A DNA stretch of 61,857 bases, counting the filler. It is 4 parts of 4 records of this genome, joined end to end, with 100 filler letters (N's around TTAATTAATTAA, not from the genome) between each part and the next. Parts side by side here need not be neighbours in the genome. Positions count along the whole stretch, not along the records: positions 29,732 to 54,185 come from SRR22947725_4147; positions 54,286 to 61,857 come from SRR22947725_4152; 2 more parts are not named here. One strand, given 5' to 3'. Positions 51,601-61,659 of the stretch are shown piece after piece. The notes under the pieces were generated by a model, which had not been told where the DNA came from, did no database searches, and saw only the letters and a program-made list of their open reading frames with translations. The translations under genes were made by a program, and so were the position numbers. Numbering within the stretch: position 1 is the stretch's first letter; each line of letters starts with the position of its first letter.

Positions 51601-53363
51601 GATACACCATCCTTCCACCACCTCGACCCATCCCCGCTGCGCAAAGCGAACGAAAGTGCCGAAAGGTTCGTGTCCGACGGGACATGGATCTCGATCCTCT
51701 GCAGGGGCACAATACTGCCACCGATCTCGATGTGGCACTCGTCATCCGTGCAACCTTCGAACGGCGTCTCTGCAGCTTTGCCACCGGGCACAAGCTCGGT
51801 CACTTGTGTGAGGAGGGCGTCCTCCGGCTGCTTCCAGTCCCTCCCGCTGCCCTTGCGGACACCCCAGTGCATGACGACGTCGGATGCCGTATCCGTGGTC
51901 AACACCACTCGATACGGCTCGTCCTCGCCCTCTTTCCACACGGACACCAGGAGCTCCGCCTTTGATCCAAGGGAGTACACCCTGTGCCAGATGCAATCCT
52001 CCTCTTCACGGGCCGCTTTCCAGAGCGGTTCGAGTGGCTTTGGCGTCTTTTGATGCACTTCCGACAACCTCGGCGCACCGGAGCGACGGATCAGGCCGAG
52101 CGGGTTCTGCTGGCGGAGTCCCCCGCTGTCCCCGACATACGCACTCTCCTGCGCAGGAGGAACGGGAGGAGCAGGAGCGGGAGGAGCGGGAGGAGCGGGC
52201 GGGCTGACAGCGGGCGAAGACGCCGCTGTCGCGCTCCCATCGTGCACAGCATCGACAAGGGGATCGGGCGCCTTGCCTGGCTCCCTACCCACTTCCACCT
52301 GGACATCGACTTGCTGCTCACCGCGGGCGCGGTCGGCGAATTTCATGCCCGCTCGCTCGGCCACAAACTCCTTGTATCGTCCAACGCCGGCATCCGACAC
52401 CGCCCGCAAAGCATCCAGCCCACATCCCTGCCTCAGAAAGCCTTGAATCTCCTGGATTGCATTCTGATACTCCCGGTCCGACTCCTCCCCCGACCTGTTC
52501 GGGCACCCAGACGCCTCCCACTTCATATACGACCAGACCCCCGCCAAGTCTTGTGGCACATCCGGGATCTCATCAAAGCTCAACAGCATGGCAATCTCGT
52601 CACCATCCTCGTCCTCACTCTCGCTCGACGAGTAGCCTGCCGACTTCAGGGTGACCCCCTCCAGGCCCAGGGGAATATGGAAATTCCCGCCGTGAATGTC
52701 ATACCAACGCCCGCTCTCCATATCCTTTACGACAAAGTTCAGATACCCGGCCGACTCCCCATCCCCGACTGGGACCTCGACCCGTTGCTTCACAGTCCCG
52801 TTGCTGTTCTCCGCAAACGGCGTCTGCAGCGCCCGCCGCTTATACTCAGAGGTACCTTCTGGCCAACTCGCCGACGGCGGCAGTTTCCAGCTGCCGCCGT
52901 CGGCTGACTCCAGACCCCAGTGCAGCAACAGGCGCCCTGGGATGTCCGTGGTGACCACCACCGCGCGGCCAGCTTGGTCGCCCCCCTGAGACGTCGAGCC
53001 CATGACAGTCTCCACGTTGATCGTGTACTTGTTATTCTCCACCTTGTACTGGCGCGCGTACAAGCGCCCCCCCTCTCCGGCCGCCCCCGCTCGCCCGTCC
53101 AACGCTTCGGATCGGAAGTCGGCCGCGGCGCGACACCGCCCCGACGCATCACCGCGCGCGCGAACCATGCGTGACAAACTCGATTTGGTACACACCGCAC
53201 ACACCGCACGCACCGCGGGAGGGGCCCTCCTCCTCGACCGCAACGAGTTGGATGCGTGGATCTTCCGTCGAGACGAGACGGTGCCCCGCGCGAGGCAGTT
53301 TGGTGCGCACGACGCCGTCATGCCAGACGATATAGGCGTTTTCGATACAGATATAAATAGCAT
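48690..53363 (-). CDS. GWD: Alpha-glucan water dikinase (exons 53363-50100, 50011-49294, 49207-48690; about 1499 aa)
   Basis: Transit-peptide-like N-terminus, two CBM45-like HWG domains, WQRNYN, HQKLHNNTTPDD, catalytic PDVLSH, WASK, GLGE, DLEGYAGAGLYDS, QTRPQ. Two GT-AG introns restore the frame. Confidence 0.94.
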
Positions 53364-53450
53364 GGCGTGTGAGGATGCACCACGTAGGAAGTTTTCTTTC
53401 TTTTGTTCGAACCGAAGCCTTCGACTTTCGAAGCACAGGTTCGAGGCAGT

Positions 53451-53507
53451 CTCTTCTACTTCTTCTTCTACTTCTTCTTCGACTTCTACCTCTACTTCTA
53501 CTTCTTC
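53451..53507. repeat. Pyrimidine-rich TCT/TCTACT microsatellite in a divergent promoter/UTR
   Basis: Imperfect tandem (TTC/TAC)n seen directly. Confidence 0.7.
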
Positions 53508-54185
53508 ATGCGGCGTATACAGTCGCCTGACGTGAACCTGACGCGGGGGCCTGCACCTCGACACACTCGACCGGCAGGTCGCGCCCGAGCGCGACCGGGC
53601 CGGGGCGAGGTTTCAAGCCCGAGGCCAAGCCCGAGACCAATCCCGGGCATTCGAGCTCGCTGGACGTTTGACTGCACGTACGGGGCCAAGATGGACGCGA
53701 TCGCCTTGCTCCAGGAGTGGGTGCAGGAGGTGGGGTCGTATGCGGAGCCCGCGCTGAACGAAAGGAACACGAGCATCAGCGCGGGCAACATTGGGGCGCC
53801 GGAGAGTCGCCTCGAGTTGGAGGTGGCATTCGAGAGTCTGGACGAATTGGAGCGGTTTTGGGGCAGCATTGATCCTGAGAAGCATATGGCGTGGGGTCAG
53901 AAAGTGAAGGGGGTTGTGCTTGACGGAACGCCGCTCTGGGAAGTGTACCGGGGGGTGGACCCGTTTGGCGGGGGCCATCGGGCCCCCGCCACGTCCAGCG
54001 CGGCGCGTCCGTCGGCCCAGGCAAGCCAGGAAGTGTTAGAAATTGCGTCATGGGATGACATGGACCGATACGCGGGGAAGAACTGGGGCTCCACCTTCCA
54101 GGACGCAAAGGAGCTCCTGGCGGGGGAGTCTGCACCGTCCGAGCCCCCCGGGGATCAACAACAACAACAACAACAACAAGAGCAA
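53508..54185 (+). CDS. Hypothetical algal protein, truncated at a poly-Q (CAA) run
   Basis: Arg-rich N-terminus, then a globular-looking segment (LLQEWVQEVG..GAPESRLELEV..FW); ends at the contig edge. Confidence 0.55.
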
Positions 54186-54285
54186 NNNNNNNNNNNNNNN
54201 NNNNNNNNNNNNNNNNNNNNNNNNNNNNNTTAATTAATTAANNNNNNNNNNNNNNNNNNNNNNNNNNNNNNNNNNNNNNNNNNNN
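54186..54285. other. Artificial contig linker
   Basis: Same 100-nt pattern; GC-rich to AT-rich switch. Confidence 0.98.
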
Positions 54286-54286
54286 T

Positions 54287-54385
54287 CATACTATTATGAA
54301 TTGTACTAATGCTTGCCCAAAGGGATTAAATCCGGCAAAAGCTATAGCAGAACTAAAAAAAATGTTAGTTACAGCTAATCTTTAA
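54287..54385 (+). CDS. sdhB: Succinate dehydrogenase iron-sulfur subunit, C-terminal end
   Basis: Translates to [32 protein letters not shown]; not in the ORF track. Confidence 0.92.
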   Translation, partial: HTIMNCTNACPKGLNPAKAIAELKKMLVTANL

Positions 54386-55136
54386 ACAAAGCACTCTTCA
54401 AATTATTTGCTGCAGAAAGCATTGAAGGTAAGATTTTTTTTAAACCATCGATGTTTTTTCTACTCTTTGCTGTGTGAGTAGAAAGACAAAAACACAGTTC
54501 ATTTTTATAATTTGTAATTGGCAAAGAAACACCTACCATTCCATTAAACCATTCTTCATCATCAAATGCATAACCTTGCTTATTAATTTTATTTAACTCT
54601 TTTTTAAACTGAGAAATATCAGTAATTGTATTTTTTGCTGATTTTGGTGTTTTAATATTATTAAAAATTTTTAATGCGTCTTCTTTTTTTATTGAAGAAA
54701 GATAAAGTTTTCCAGATGCAGAAGCATGCAATGGTAAATGATCACCAGCTTCCAGATTCAACTGCATTGGCCAATGAAATTCAATTCTGTCAAAATACAC
54801 TAGTTTTGTTCCAATAGGTACTGACAAACTAACTGTTTCTTTAATTTCAGTTGTAAGTTTTCTCAAATAAGATCTCCTAAGAGTAAAGTTTGGTTCATAA
54901 GGCAAACTATGTAAGATTATATTTCTAATCTTTGGTCCTGGAATATATTTCTTATTACTGCTAGCAATTAAAAATTTCTCATCACACAAAGTTTCTATGT
55001 GTCGGTAAACAGTTGGTAATGGAATCTCTAATTTGTGAGATATTTTTTTTGCAGTAAAATTGTCTGGATCTAATAGAACTTCTTCAAGGATGTTTAAAAT
55101 TCTTTTGGGTGAAGTTCTACTATTTGTATCACTCAT
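54375..55136 (-). CDS. IclR family transcriptional regulator
   Basis: HTH (LPTVYR), [18 protein letters not shown]. Confidence 0.92.
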   Translation of the reverse strand: MSDTNSRTSPKRILNILEEVLLDPDNFTAKKISHKLEIPLPTVYRHIETLCDEKFLIASSNKKYIPGPKIRNIILHSLPYEPNFTLRRSYLRKLTTEIKETVSLSVPIGTKLVYFDRIEFHWPMQLNLEAGDHLPLHASASGKLYLSSIKKEDALKIFNNIKTPKSAKNTITDISQFKKELNKINKQGYAFDDEEWFNGMVGVSLPITNYKNELCFCLSTHTAKSRKNIDGLKKILPSMLSAANNLKSALFKD

Positions 55137-55163
55137 AACTTTTAAGTTTTTTAACTAAAAAAA

Positions 55164-56657
55164 TTAAGAAAGAACTGGAATTGTAAACTCTGGACCACTA
55201 TTATCTTCCGACCATGTTACTGTTGCAGTTTTCAATTTAGTATAGAATCTTACTCCTTCAGGACCATGCATAGAATGATCCCCAAATAATGATCTCTTCC
55301 AACCACCAAAGCTATGGTACGCAACAGGTACAGGAATGGGAACATTTACTCCTATCATCCCAATTTTTGCATTTTCAGTAAAATGTTTTGCTATCATACC
55401 ACTTTTTGTAAATACAGCAGCTCCATTTCCTAATTCATGATCATTGACTAATTTTAAAGCTTCTTCATAAGTATCTGTTGTCATCATGCTGAGTACTGGA
55501 CCAAAAATTTCTTCTTTATAAATTTTCATATCTGGTTTTACATCTTCAAAAATGGTAGGACCTACAAAATATCCATTCTCATACCCTTGTAGTTTCATAT
55601 TTCTTCCATCTGCAAGAAGCTTAGCTCCTTCTTTTTCACCCGTATCTATATATCCCAAAACTTTTTCATAGTGAGCTTTGTTATTAAGTGGGCCAAAATC
55701 ACTTTTTTCGTCTGTGTATGGTCCAACATTTAGTTTTAGTGTTTCTTCTAATAATTTAGTTTTTAAATTTTCAGCAGTCTTTTTTCCTACACAAACAGCA
55801 ACAGAAATAGCCATACATCTCTCACCAGCAGACCCAAAAGCAGAGCCTATAATAGCGTCTGTTGTTTTATTAACATCTGCGTCAGGCATCACAACCATAT
55901 GGTTTTTAGCTCCACCAAGAGCTTGAACTCTTTTATTGTTTTTTGTTCCTGTGTGATAAACATATTCCGCAATTGGAGTCGAACCTACAAAACTAATTGC
56001 TTGAACATCTTTACTCTCTAGCAGAGTATCAACAGATTCTTTATCACCATTTACAACATTTAAAACACCCGGTGGCATACCAGCTTCAATAGCTAATTCT
56101 CCAAGTCTAATTGGACAACTCGGATCTTTTTCTGATGGTTTAAGTACAAAAGTATTTCCACATGCAATAGCAACTGGGTACATCCACATAGGTACCATTG
56201 CTGGAAAATTAAATGGAGTAATTCCAGCACAAACACCCAAGGGCTGTCTCATTGAATAAGAGTCAACATTAGTTCCCACACTTGCAGAGTGATCTCCTTT
56301 TAAAGAATCGGTGATACCAGTTGCATACTCAACAACTTCAATTCCTCTTTGAATAGAACCTTTTGCATCTGGAATAGTTTTTCCATGTTGTTCGGAAACC
56401 ATTACAGCCATATCTTCCATATTTTTTATTAATAAATCTTTATATTTTGCTAAAATTCTTGCTCTGTTTATAGGTGTGGTTTTAGACCATTTTAAAAAAG
56501 CTTTCTTAGAGCTCTCTATAGCCATTTCAACAGTAGCTTTACTTGCTAATTCAACTTCTGCTATTTGTTCTCCAATAGCGGGGTTAAAAATTGGACCGGT
56601 TCTAGAATCTTTTACAGTAAAAACTTTTCCATCAATGAAATGACTAATTTTTTTCAT
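55164..56657 (-). CDS. mmsA: CoA-acylating (methyl)malonate-semialdehyde dehydrogenase
   Basis: ITPFNFPAM, LKPSE, FVGST, ALGGAKNH, GERCMA, EEIFGP, GVNVPIPVP; AGGAG RBS. Confidence 0.95.
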   Translation of the reverse strand: MKKISHFIDGKVFTVKDSRTGPIFNPAIGEQIAEVELASKATVEMAIESSKKAFLKWSKTTPINRARILAKYKDLLIKNMEDMAVMVSEQHGKTIPDAKGSIQRGIEVVEYATGITDSLKGDHSASVGTNVDSYSMRQPLGVCAGITPFNFPAMVPMWMYPVAIACGNTFVLKPSEKDPSCPIRLGELAIEAGMPPGVLNVVNGDKESVDTLLESKDVQAISFVGSTPIAEYVYHTGTKNNKRVQALGGAKNHMVVMPDADVNKTTDAIIGSAFGSAGERCMAISVAVCVGKKTAENLKTKLLEETLKLNVGPYTDEKSDFGPLNNKAHYEKVLGYIDTGEKEGAKLLADGRNMKLQGYENGYFVGPTIFEDVKPDMKIYKEEIFGPVLSMMTTDTYEEALKLVNDHELGNGAAVFTKSGMIAKHFTENAKIGMIGVNVPIPVPVAYHSFGGWKRSLFGDHSMHGPEGVRFYTKLKTATVTWSEDNSGPEFTIPVLS

Positions 56658-56711
56658 ACTTCTCCTTTAATATATAATTTAAAGTTATACTAGCTCAATT
56701 TTCTTTGCAAT

Positions 56712-56738
56712 ATATTTTTCCTTAAATGAGAAAAATAT
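56712..56738. promoter_or_regulatory. Candidate IclR operator between divergent promoters
   Basis: ATATTTTTC-N9-GAAAAATAT inverted repeat between TTGCAA (56705-56710) and TTGACT (56762-56767). Confidence 0.45.
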
Positions 56739-56828
56739 TATCAATTAAAAGCTTTCAGTTGTTGACTTCTAAAATTACTTAAGTTTAGATTAATCATTAA
56801 CAAATTAGATGAAAAGAGAGAGGACCGT

Positions 56829-58010
56829 TTGATTAAAAGAGAAAATGTTCGTATTTGTGTTCCTAGATACTTGCAAATTGGCAAGGGCAGCTTGAACGAA
56901 CTCCCTGATATAATAAAAATTTTAGGATCTATAAAATCATTACTAATTGTAACTGATAAACAAATGGTATCATTTGGTTATGTAAAAAAACTACAAGATG
57001 TTTTAACTAAAGCAGGGTTAAATTCTGATGTTTTTGATGACACTGTTCCTGATCCAACGGATTCAGTAGTTTTAAATGGAATTAAATTTTTAGAAAAATG
57101 TAAAAATGATGCTGTAATTGGTTTTGGTGGAGGAAGTCCAATAGATACTGCAAAGGCAATAGCCGCAATGGCTAAATTTAGTAAAAATATTCAAGATTAT
57201 AAGCCACCATCAATGTTTGATAAAAAAGGTTTTCCAATAATTGCAATCCCTACTACAGCTGGTACAGGCTCAGAAGTAACACATCACGCAGTAGTTATAG
57301 ACTCAAATAATAATGAAAAAATTTCTTGTAGAGGAGAAGGATTTGTCCCTATAGTTGCAATTGTTGATTATGATTTAACTTTATCGAAACCTAGAAGATT
57401 AACCATTGATAGTGCAATTGACACTTTAACTCATGGAATAGAAGCATACGTAAGCAAAAAAGCCACACTCTTTTCTGATCGAATGGCTTTAGACACAATA
57501 AGACTTGTTACCCAAAATATTTATGCAGTTGATAAAAATCCAAAAGATTTAAAAGCAAGAGAAGGCTTAATGTTAGCTGCTACATTAGGAGGTTTAGCAT
57601 TTTCCAATGCTTCAATATGTTTGGTGCATGGAATGAGTAGGCCGCTAGGTAGTAATTTCAAAGTTCCTCATGGACTTAGTAATGCAATGTTACTACCAAC
57701 TATAACTAAATTTTCGATAGATCATGCAAAAAGTAGATATGCAGATTGTAGTCGTGCTGGAGATTTTGCACTACCTGGTGACAATGATGATGTGGCCTGT
57801 GATAAATTGATTAAAGGTCTGTACAAAATTAATAATGATTTTGAAGTTCCATCAATGCAAAATTTTGGAATTAATCAAAAAAATTTTGAGGAAGAGTTAA
57901 AAAATATGGCAACTGATGCAGAAAATTCAGGGGCGCCAAACCTCAATCCAAGAGTGCCTTCTGTAAATGAGATGGTAGATCTTTACAGACAAGCATGGAG
58001 AGCATTTTAA
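56829..58010 (+). CDS. Iron-containing alcohol dehydrogenase
   Basis: GGGSPIDTAK, PTTAGTGSE, DTLTHGIE, HGMS..HGLSNA; GAGG RBS before TTG. Confidence 0.93.
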   Translation: MIKRENVRICVPRYLQIGKGSLNELPDIIKILGSIKSLLIVTDKQMVSFGYVKKLQDVLTKAGLNSDVFDDTVPDPTDSVVLNGIKFLEKCKNDAVIGFGGGSPIDTAKAIAAMAKFSKNIQDYKPPSMFDKKGFPIIAIPTTAGTGSEVTHHAVVIDSNNNEKISCRGEGFVPIVAIVDYDLTLSKPRRLTIDSAIDTLTHGIEAYVSKKATLFSDRMALDTIRLVTQNIYAVDKNPKDLKAREGLMLAATLGGLAFSNASICLVHGMSRPLGSNFKVPHGLSNAMLLPTITKFSIDHAKSRYADCSRAGDFALPGDNDDVACDKLIKGLYKINNDFEVPSMQNFGINQKNFEEELKNMATDAENSGAPNLNPRVPSVNEMVDLYRQAWRAF

Positions 58011-58071
58011 AATGAGTTGGAAATGCACTTCTTTTAGACGAACAACTCGAAACAAAAGAGAGGGGAAAAAT

Positions 58072-59148
58072 ATGATAGATAAATCAAAATCACTAATGAA
58101 ATCGTTCGTTAGTATTTTGGCTGTATTTGCTTTAATGATAACTTTTTCATTTCAGCAGGTAAATGCAGCTGAAAAAATCAGATGGAAAGTACAATCTACT
58201 TTCAATACTGGTTGGCCAGCGCTGGGTGACCCAGTTGCTCGTTTAGCAGACACTTTAGATAAAGCTACAGATGGAAGAATAAAATTAAAGGTTTATGAGC
58301 CTGGAAAAATTCTTCCTCCATTAGAGATCTCACCATCAATTAGTAAAGGTGATTTGCCTGCAGCTTATAACTATATGGCTTATGACCAAGGTAGAATTCC
58401 AGCGGCCGTTTTATTTGCGGCAGTACCGTTTGGAATGGAACCATGGGAGTATGCTGCATGGTGGTTTGAAGGAGAAGGTTCAAAGTTAGCAAATGAAATT
58501 TACAACAAGCAAAATATTAAAGTTTTGTTATGTAGTACAATTGGACCTGAAACTGCTGGTTGGTATAGAAATCCAATCACAAGTTTAGATGATCTTAAAG
58601 GTTTAAAAATTCGTTTCTCAGGATTAGGAGGAATGGTTTTAAATGAAATAGGAGCATCTGCAACTTTAATGGCTGGGGGTGAAATTTTTGCTGCTTTAGA
58701 AAAAGGAACTCTAGATGCAACAGAATATTCGATGCCAGCAATTGATGAAGTTCTTGGTTTTCACAAAATTACTAAGTTCAACTTGTTTCCAGGTTGGCAC
58801 CAAGTATCAACATCTACTCACTTCATGGTCAACTTAGACTTATGGAAAAAAATGGGTGCAGCTGACCAAGCTTTATTCGAAATGGCTTGTACAGCAGCAG
58901 CTATGAGAGCAATTACAACTGGTGAATTTTTACAAGGAAAACAAATTGCAAGTTTCCCTTCTAAAGGTGTAACAGCTGCTAGATTGCCTGATAGTGTATT
59001 GAGAGAACTTCAAAAAGTTAGTGCAAAAGTTATGGCAGAACAGTCTGCTAAAGATGCTGACTTTAAAAAAGTTTGGAATTCTCAACAAGCATTCATGAAA
59101 GAATATGATGTTTGGCAAAAATGGGGTTATTTACCTAGAAACTTTTAG
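58072..59148 (+). CDS. dctP: TRAP substrate-binding protein (TakP/monocarboxylate-like clade)
   Basis: Signal peptide, WKVQS, DLKGLKIR, GGEIFAALEKGTLDATEY, PGWHQ. ATG 58072 follows GAGGGG. Confidence 0.92.
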   Translation: MIDKSKSLMKSFVSILAVFALMITFSFQQVNAAEKIRWKVQSTFNTGWPALGDPVARLADTLDKATDGRIKLKVYEPGKILPPLEISPSISKGDLPAAYNYMAYDQGRIPAAVLFAAVPFGMEPWEYAAWWFEGEGSKLANEIYNKQNIKVLLCSTIGPETAGWYRNPITSLDDLKGLKIRFSGLGGMVLNEIGASATLMAGGEIFAALEKGTLDATEYSMPAIDEVLGFHKITKFNLFPGWHQVSTSTHFMVNLDLWKKMGAADQALFEMACTAAAMRAITTGEFLQGKQIASFPSKGVTAARLPDSVLRELQKVSAKVMAEQSAKDADFKKVWNSQQAFMKEYDVWQKWGYLPRNF

Positions 59149-59181
59149 TATTTAATACTTTTAAAGTTTATAATAAAGTTA

Positions 59182-59210
59182 AAAAGCAGTCGGTTTTGCC
59201 GGCTGCTTTT
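59182..59210 (+). terminator. Hairpin between dctP and dctQ (terminator/attenuator or mRNA stabiliser)
   Basis: AAAAGCAGTCGG-TTTTG-CCGGCTGCTTTT followed by a T-rich run. Confidence 0.65.
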
Positions 59211-59231
59211 GTTTTTAAAAGAAATTTTTTT

Positions 59232-59801
59232 ATGGCGAATGATTTTACAAAATTAGAAAATAGTTTAGATAAAAAACTACAACTCAAACACTTGCCAATC
59301 ACAAAAAAAATAGATGGGTTTGTGACTAGTGTTGGTGAAGTATTTAATTGGATATGGGTTGTTTTAGTTGCTGTAATTATTCTTAATGTCATTCTTAGAT
59401 ATGTATTTAAGAGTGGTATGATTGAATTGGAAGAATTACAATGGCATCTATATGCTGTAGGGTGGTTAGTTGGCTTGTCATCTACTTACGTAGTAGATCA
59501 ACACGTTAGGGTAGATGTTTTGACTGACAGTATGGCTTACAAAAAAAGACTGTGGTTTGAGTTTTTTGGAATTCTTTTATTGTTTTTACCATTCATTATT
59601 TTAGTACTTATTTACTCAGTTCCATTTTTTGAGCTATCATGGGAAACAAGTGAAAGATCTACTTCTGCAAATGGACTTCCTGCACGATGGCTTGTAAAAG
59701 GCTTTCTAGTATTTAGTTTCTTTTTATTATTATTAGCTGGCTTATCAAGAATAATTAGGGTTCTAACAACTATTCGATTAGGGTTTGAAAAAATAAAATA
59801 G
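59232..59801 (+). CDS. dctQ: TRAP small permease
   Basis: RYVF, EELQWHL, HVRVD; four TM helices. Confidence 0.92.
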   Translation: MANDFTKLENSLDKKLQLKHLPITKKIDGFVTSVGEVFNWIWVVLVAVIILNVILRYVFKSGMIELEELQWHLYAVGWLVGLSSTYVVDQHVRVDVLTDSMAYKKRLWFEFFGILLLFLPFIILVLIYSVPFFELSWETSERSTSANGLPARWLVKGFLVFSFFLLLLAGLSRIIRVLTTIRLGFEKIK

Positions 59802-61163
59802 ATGGAATTAATTTCAGAATACTACATGTCAATATTGCTCTTTTTGAGCTTCATAACTTTAATTTTTATTGGTTTCCCTGTTGCGTGGACAATGGGAGGT
59901 TTAGCGGTATTATTTACTCTAATTACAATGTTGTCTGATAGTTATTTAGACACTTTCTTTGGAGTTGATTGGAAATTTTCTTCAATGGTAGTTTATAGGC
60001 TATATGGAGTTATGGCAAACTGGGTCCTTGTTGCTCTTCCAATGTTTATTTTTATGGGAATAATGATGGATAAATCTGGAATTGCAGAAGATTTAATGAC
60101 AGATCTTTCAAAATTGTTTGGTCGTATGAGAGGAGGTTTGGCAATAGCAGTTGTCTTTATTGGGGTGCTATTAGCAGCCTCAACAGGCATCATAGGGGCG
60201 TCTGTTGTTTTATTAACAATTCTGGGTGTTCCTTTAATGTTAAAAAATAATTACAGTCCAGACCTTGCATGTGGAGTTGTTTGTGCAACTGGTACACTTG
60301 GAATTTTAATACCTCCTAGTATTATGCTTGTAATTATGGGTGACCAAGTAAGAATTTCTGTAGGTGACCTATTTATGGGGGCAGTATTTCCTGGCTTGAT
60401 GCTTGGTTTATTATATACGATTTTTATTATTACTTATGCTTATTTAAAACCAAAAGTTGCACCGGCTCCTAAAAGTGCAGAGCCTGTTTCTTTAGATATA
60501 ATTTTAAGAGTATTTAAATCAATTATACCACCAGCTTTATTAATAATAGCAGTCTTAGGAAGTATTTTTATGGGTATAGCAACTCCAACAGAGGCATCAG
60601 GAGTAGGTGCACTAGGAGCATCTATTTTAGCTCTTATAAGAGGAAGGCTTTCTTTCAAGGATTTAAAAAGTGTAATTAGAAAAACTACACATACAACAGC
60701 GTATATATTTGCACTGTTTGTAGGAGCAACGATGTTTGCTTTAGTTTTAAGAGGATTAGGTGGAGACGAATTAATTGAAGGAGCACTCAAAGGATTACCT
60801 TTTGGACCCAATGGAGTTGTTATAGTTGTTCTGTGTATTGCTTTTATATTAGGTTTCTTTTTAGATTGGATAGAAATTACATTAATTTTATTGCCTTTTT
60901 TAGCACCAGTGATGGTTGATCTTGGTGTTGATATGGTATGGTTTATAGTTATGTTTGCAGTTGTTCTACAAACTTCTTTTATAACTCCACCAGTTGGTTT
61001 CGCCTTATTTTATATGAAAGGTGTAGCCCCTCAAGGAATAACGATACAAAATATTTATAGAGGAATAATTCCTTTTGTAATTTTACAAGCAATAGCAGTT
61101 GCAATTGTTTTTAATTTTCCAAAAATTGTTACATGGCTACCAAAAGTAGCTTATGGTCCATAA
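59802..61163 (+). CDS. dctM: TRAP large permease
   Basis: AASTGIIGAS, GTLGILIPPS, ATPTEA, FLDWIEI, TPPVG. Confidence 0.94.
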   Translation: MELISEYYMSILLFLSFITLIFIGFPVAWTMGGLAVLFTLITMLSDSYLDTFFGVDWKFSSMVVYRLYGVMANWVLVALPMFIFMGIMMDKSGIAEDLMTDLSKLFGRMRGGLAIAVVFIGVLLAASTGIIGASVVLLTILGVPLMLKNNYSPDLACGVVCATGTLGILIPPSIMLVIMGDQVRISVGDLFMGAVFPGLMLGLLYTIFIITYAYLKPKVAPAPKSAEPVSLDIILRVFKSIIPPALLIIAVLGSIFMGIATPTEASGVGALGASILALIRGRLSFKDLKSVIRKTTHTTAYIFALFVGATMFALVLRGLGGDELIEGALKGLPFGPNGVVIVVLCIAFILGFFLDWIEITLILLPFLAPVMVDLGVDMVWFIVMFAVVLQTSFITPPVGFALFYMKGVAPQGITIQNIYRGIIPFVILQAIAVAIVFNFPKIVTWLPKVAYGP

Positions 61164-61181
61164 AAACTTATAATACATTTA

Positions 61182-61616
61182 ATGAAAAAAATTATTTTTT
61201 TATTTATATCTTTATTTATTATAAGTTTTGCTAAAGCAGATACCAATACTTCTTTAAAAGATTATTTAGAAAAGAAAGATATTGAAGATGGCAAAACACA
61301 AATCTATTTATTAAATAGATGTAGTGCAGTTTATGCTTATGCATCAGGTATAATTTTAAAAACAGATGCTGTAAGTTCTAAAAATTTTATTGAGATTTCA
61401 AATAATCTTTTATTTAAGTCTGTAGAATTAATGGTAATTGAAGAAGAAAAAAAATTAGAAGAAGCTCAAAAAAAAGCTGAAGAAAATAGAAAGCAGCTAT
61501 TCAATAATTACATAACTGATGGTAAAAAAAATTGGGAGGAGAACAAGTCACATTTTAAAGGATCATACATTTCTGGAGATATGGCAATCTGCTCAAAACT
61601 TATTGAAGATAAGTAG
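61182..61616 (+). CDS. Secreted hypothetical protein
   Basis: Signal peptide MKKIIFLF..AKA; 144 aa with two Cys. Confidence 0.7.
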   Translation: MKKIIFLFISLFIISFAKADTNTSLKDYLEKKDIEDGKTQIYLLNRCSAVYAYASGIILKTDAVSSKNFIEISNNLLFKSVELMVIEEEKKLEEAQKKAEENRKQLFNNYITDGKKNWEENKSHFKGSYISGDMAICSKLIEDK

Positions 61617-61659
61617 ATAAAATCTAAAATTCAGTTGAATTATCGTCAATTATCAATAA

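Noticed and set aside
53364..53564. Glu/Val-rich N-terminal extension of the GWD ORF
   Set aside because: Translation of a microsatellite upstream of the likely ATG at 53363.
29632..54285. Eukaryotic island in a bacterium, or giant virus
   Set aside because: Bounded by artificial linkers; spliceosomal introns and ordinary nuclear genes; no viral hallmark genes.
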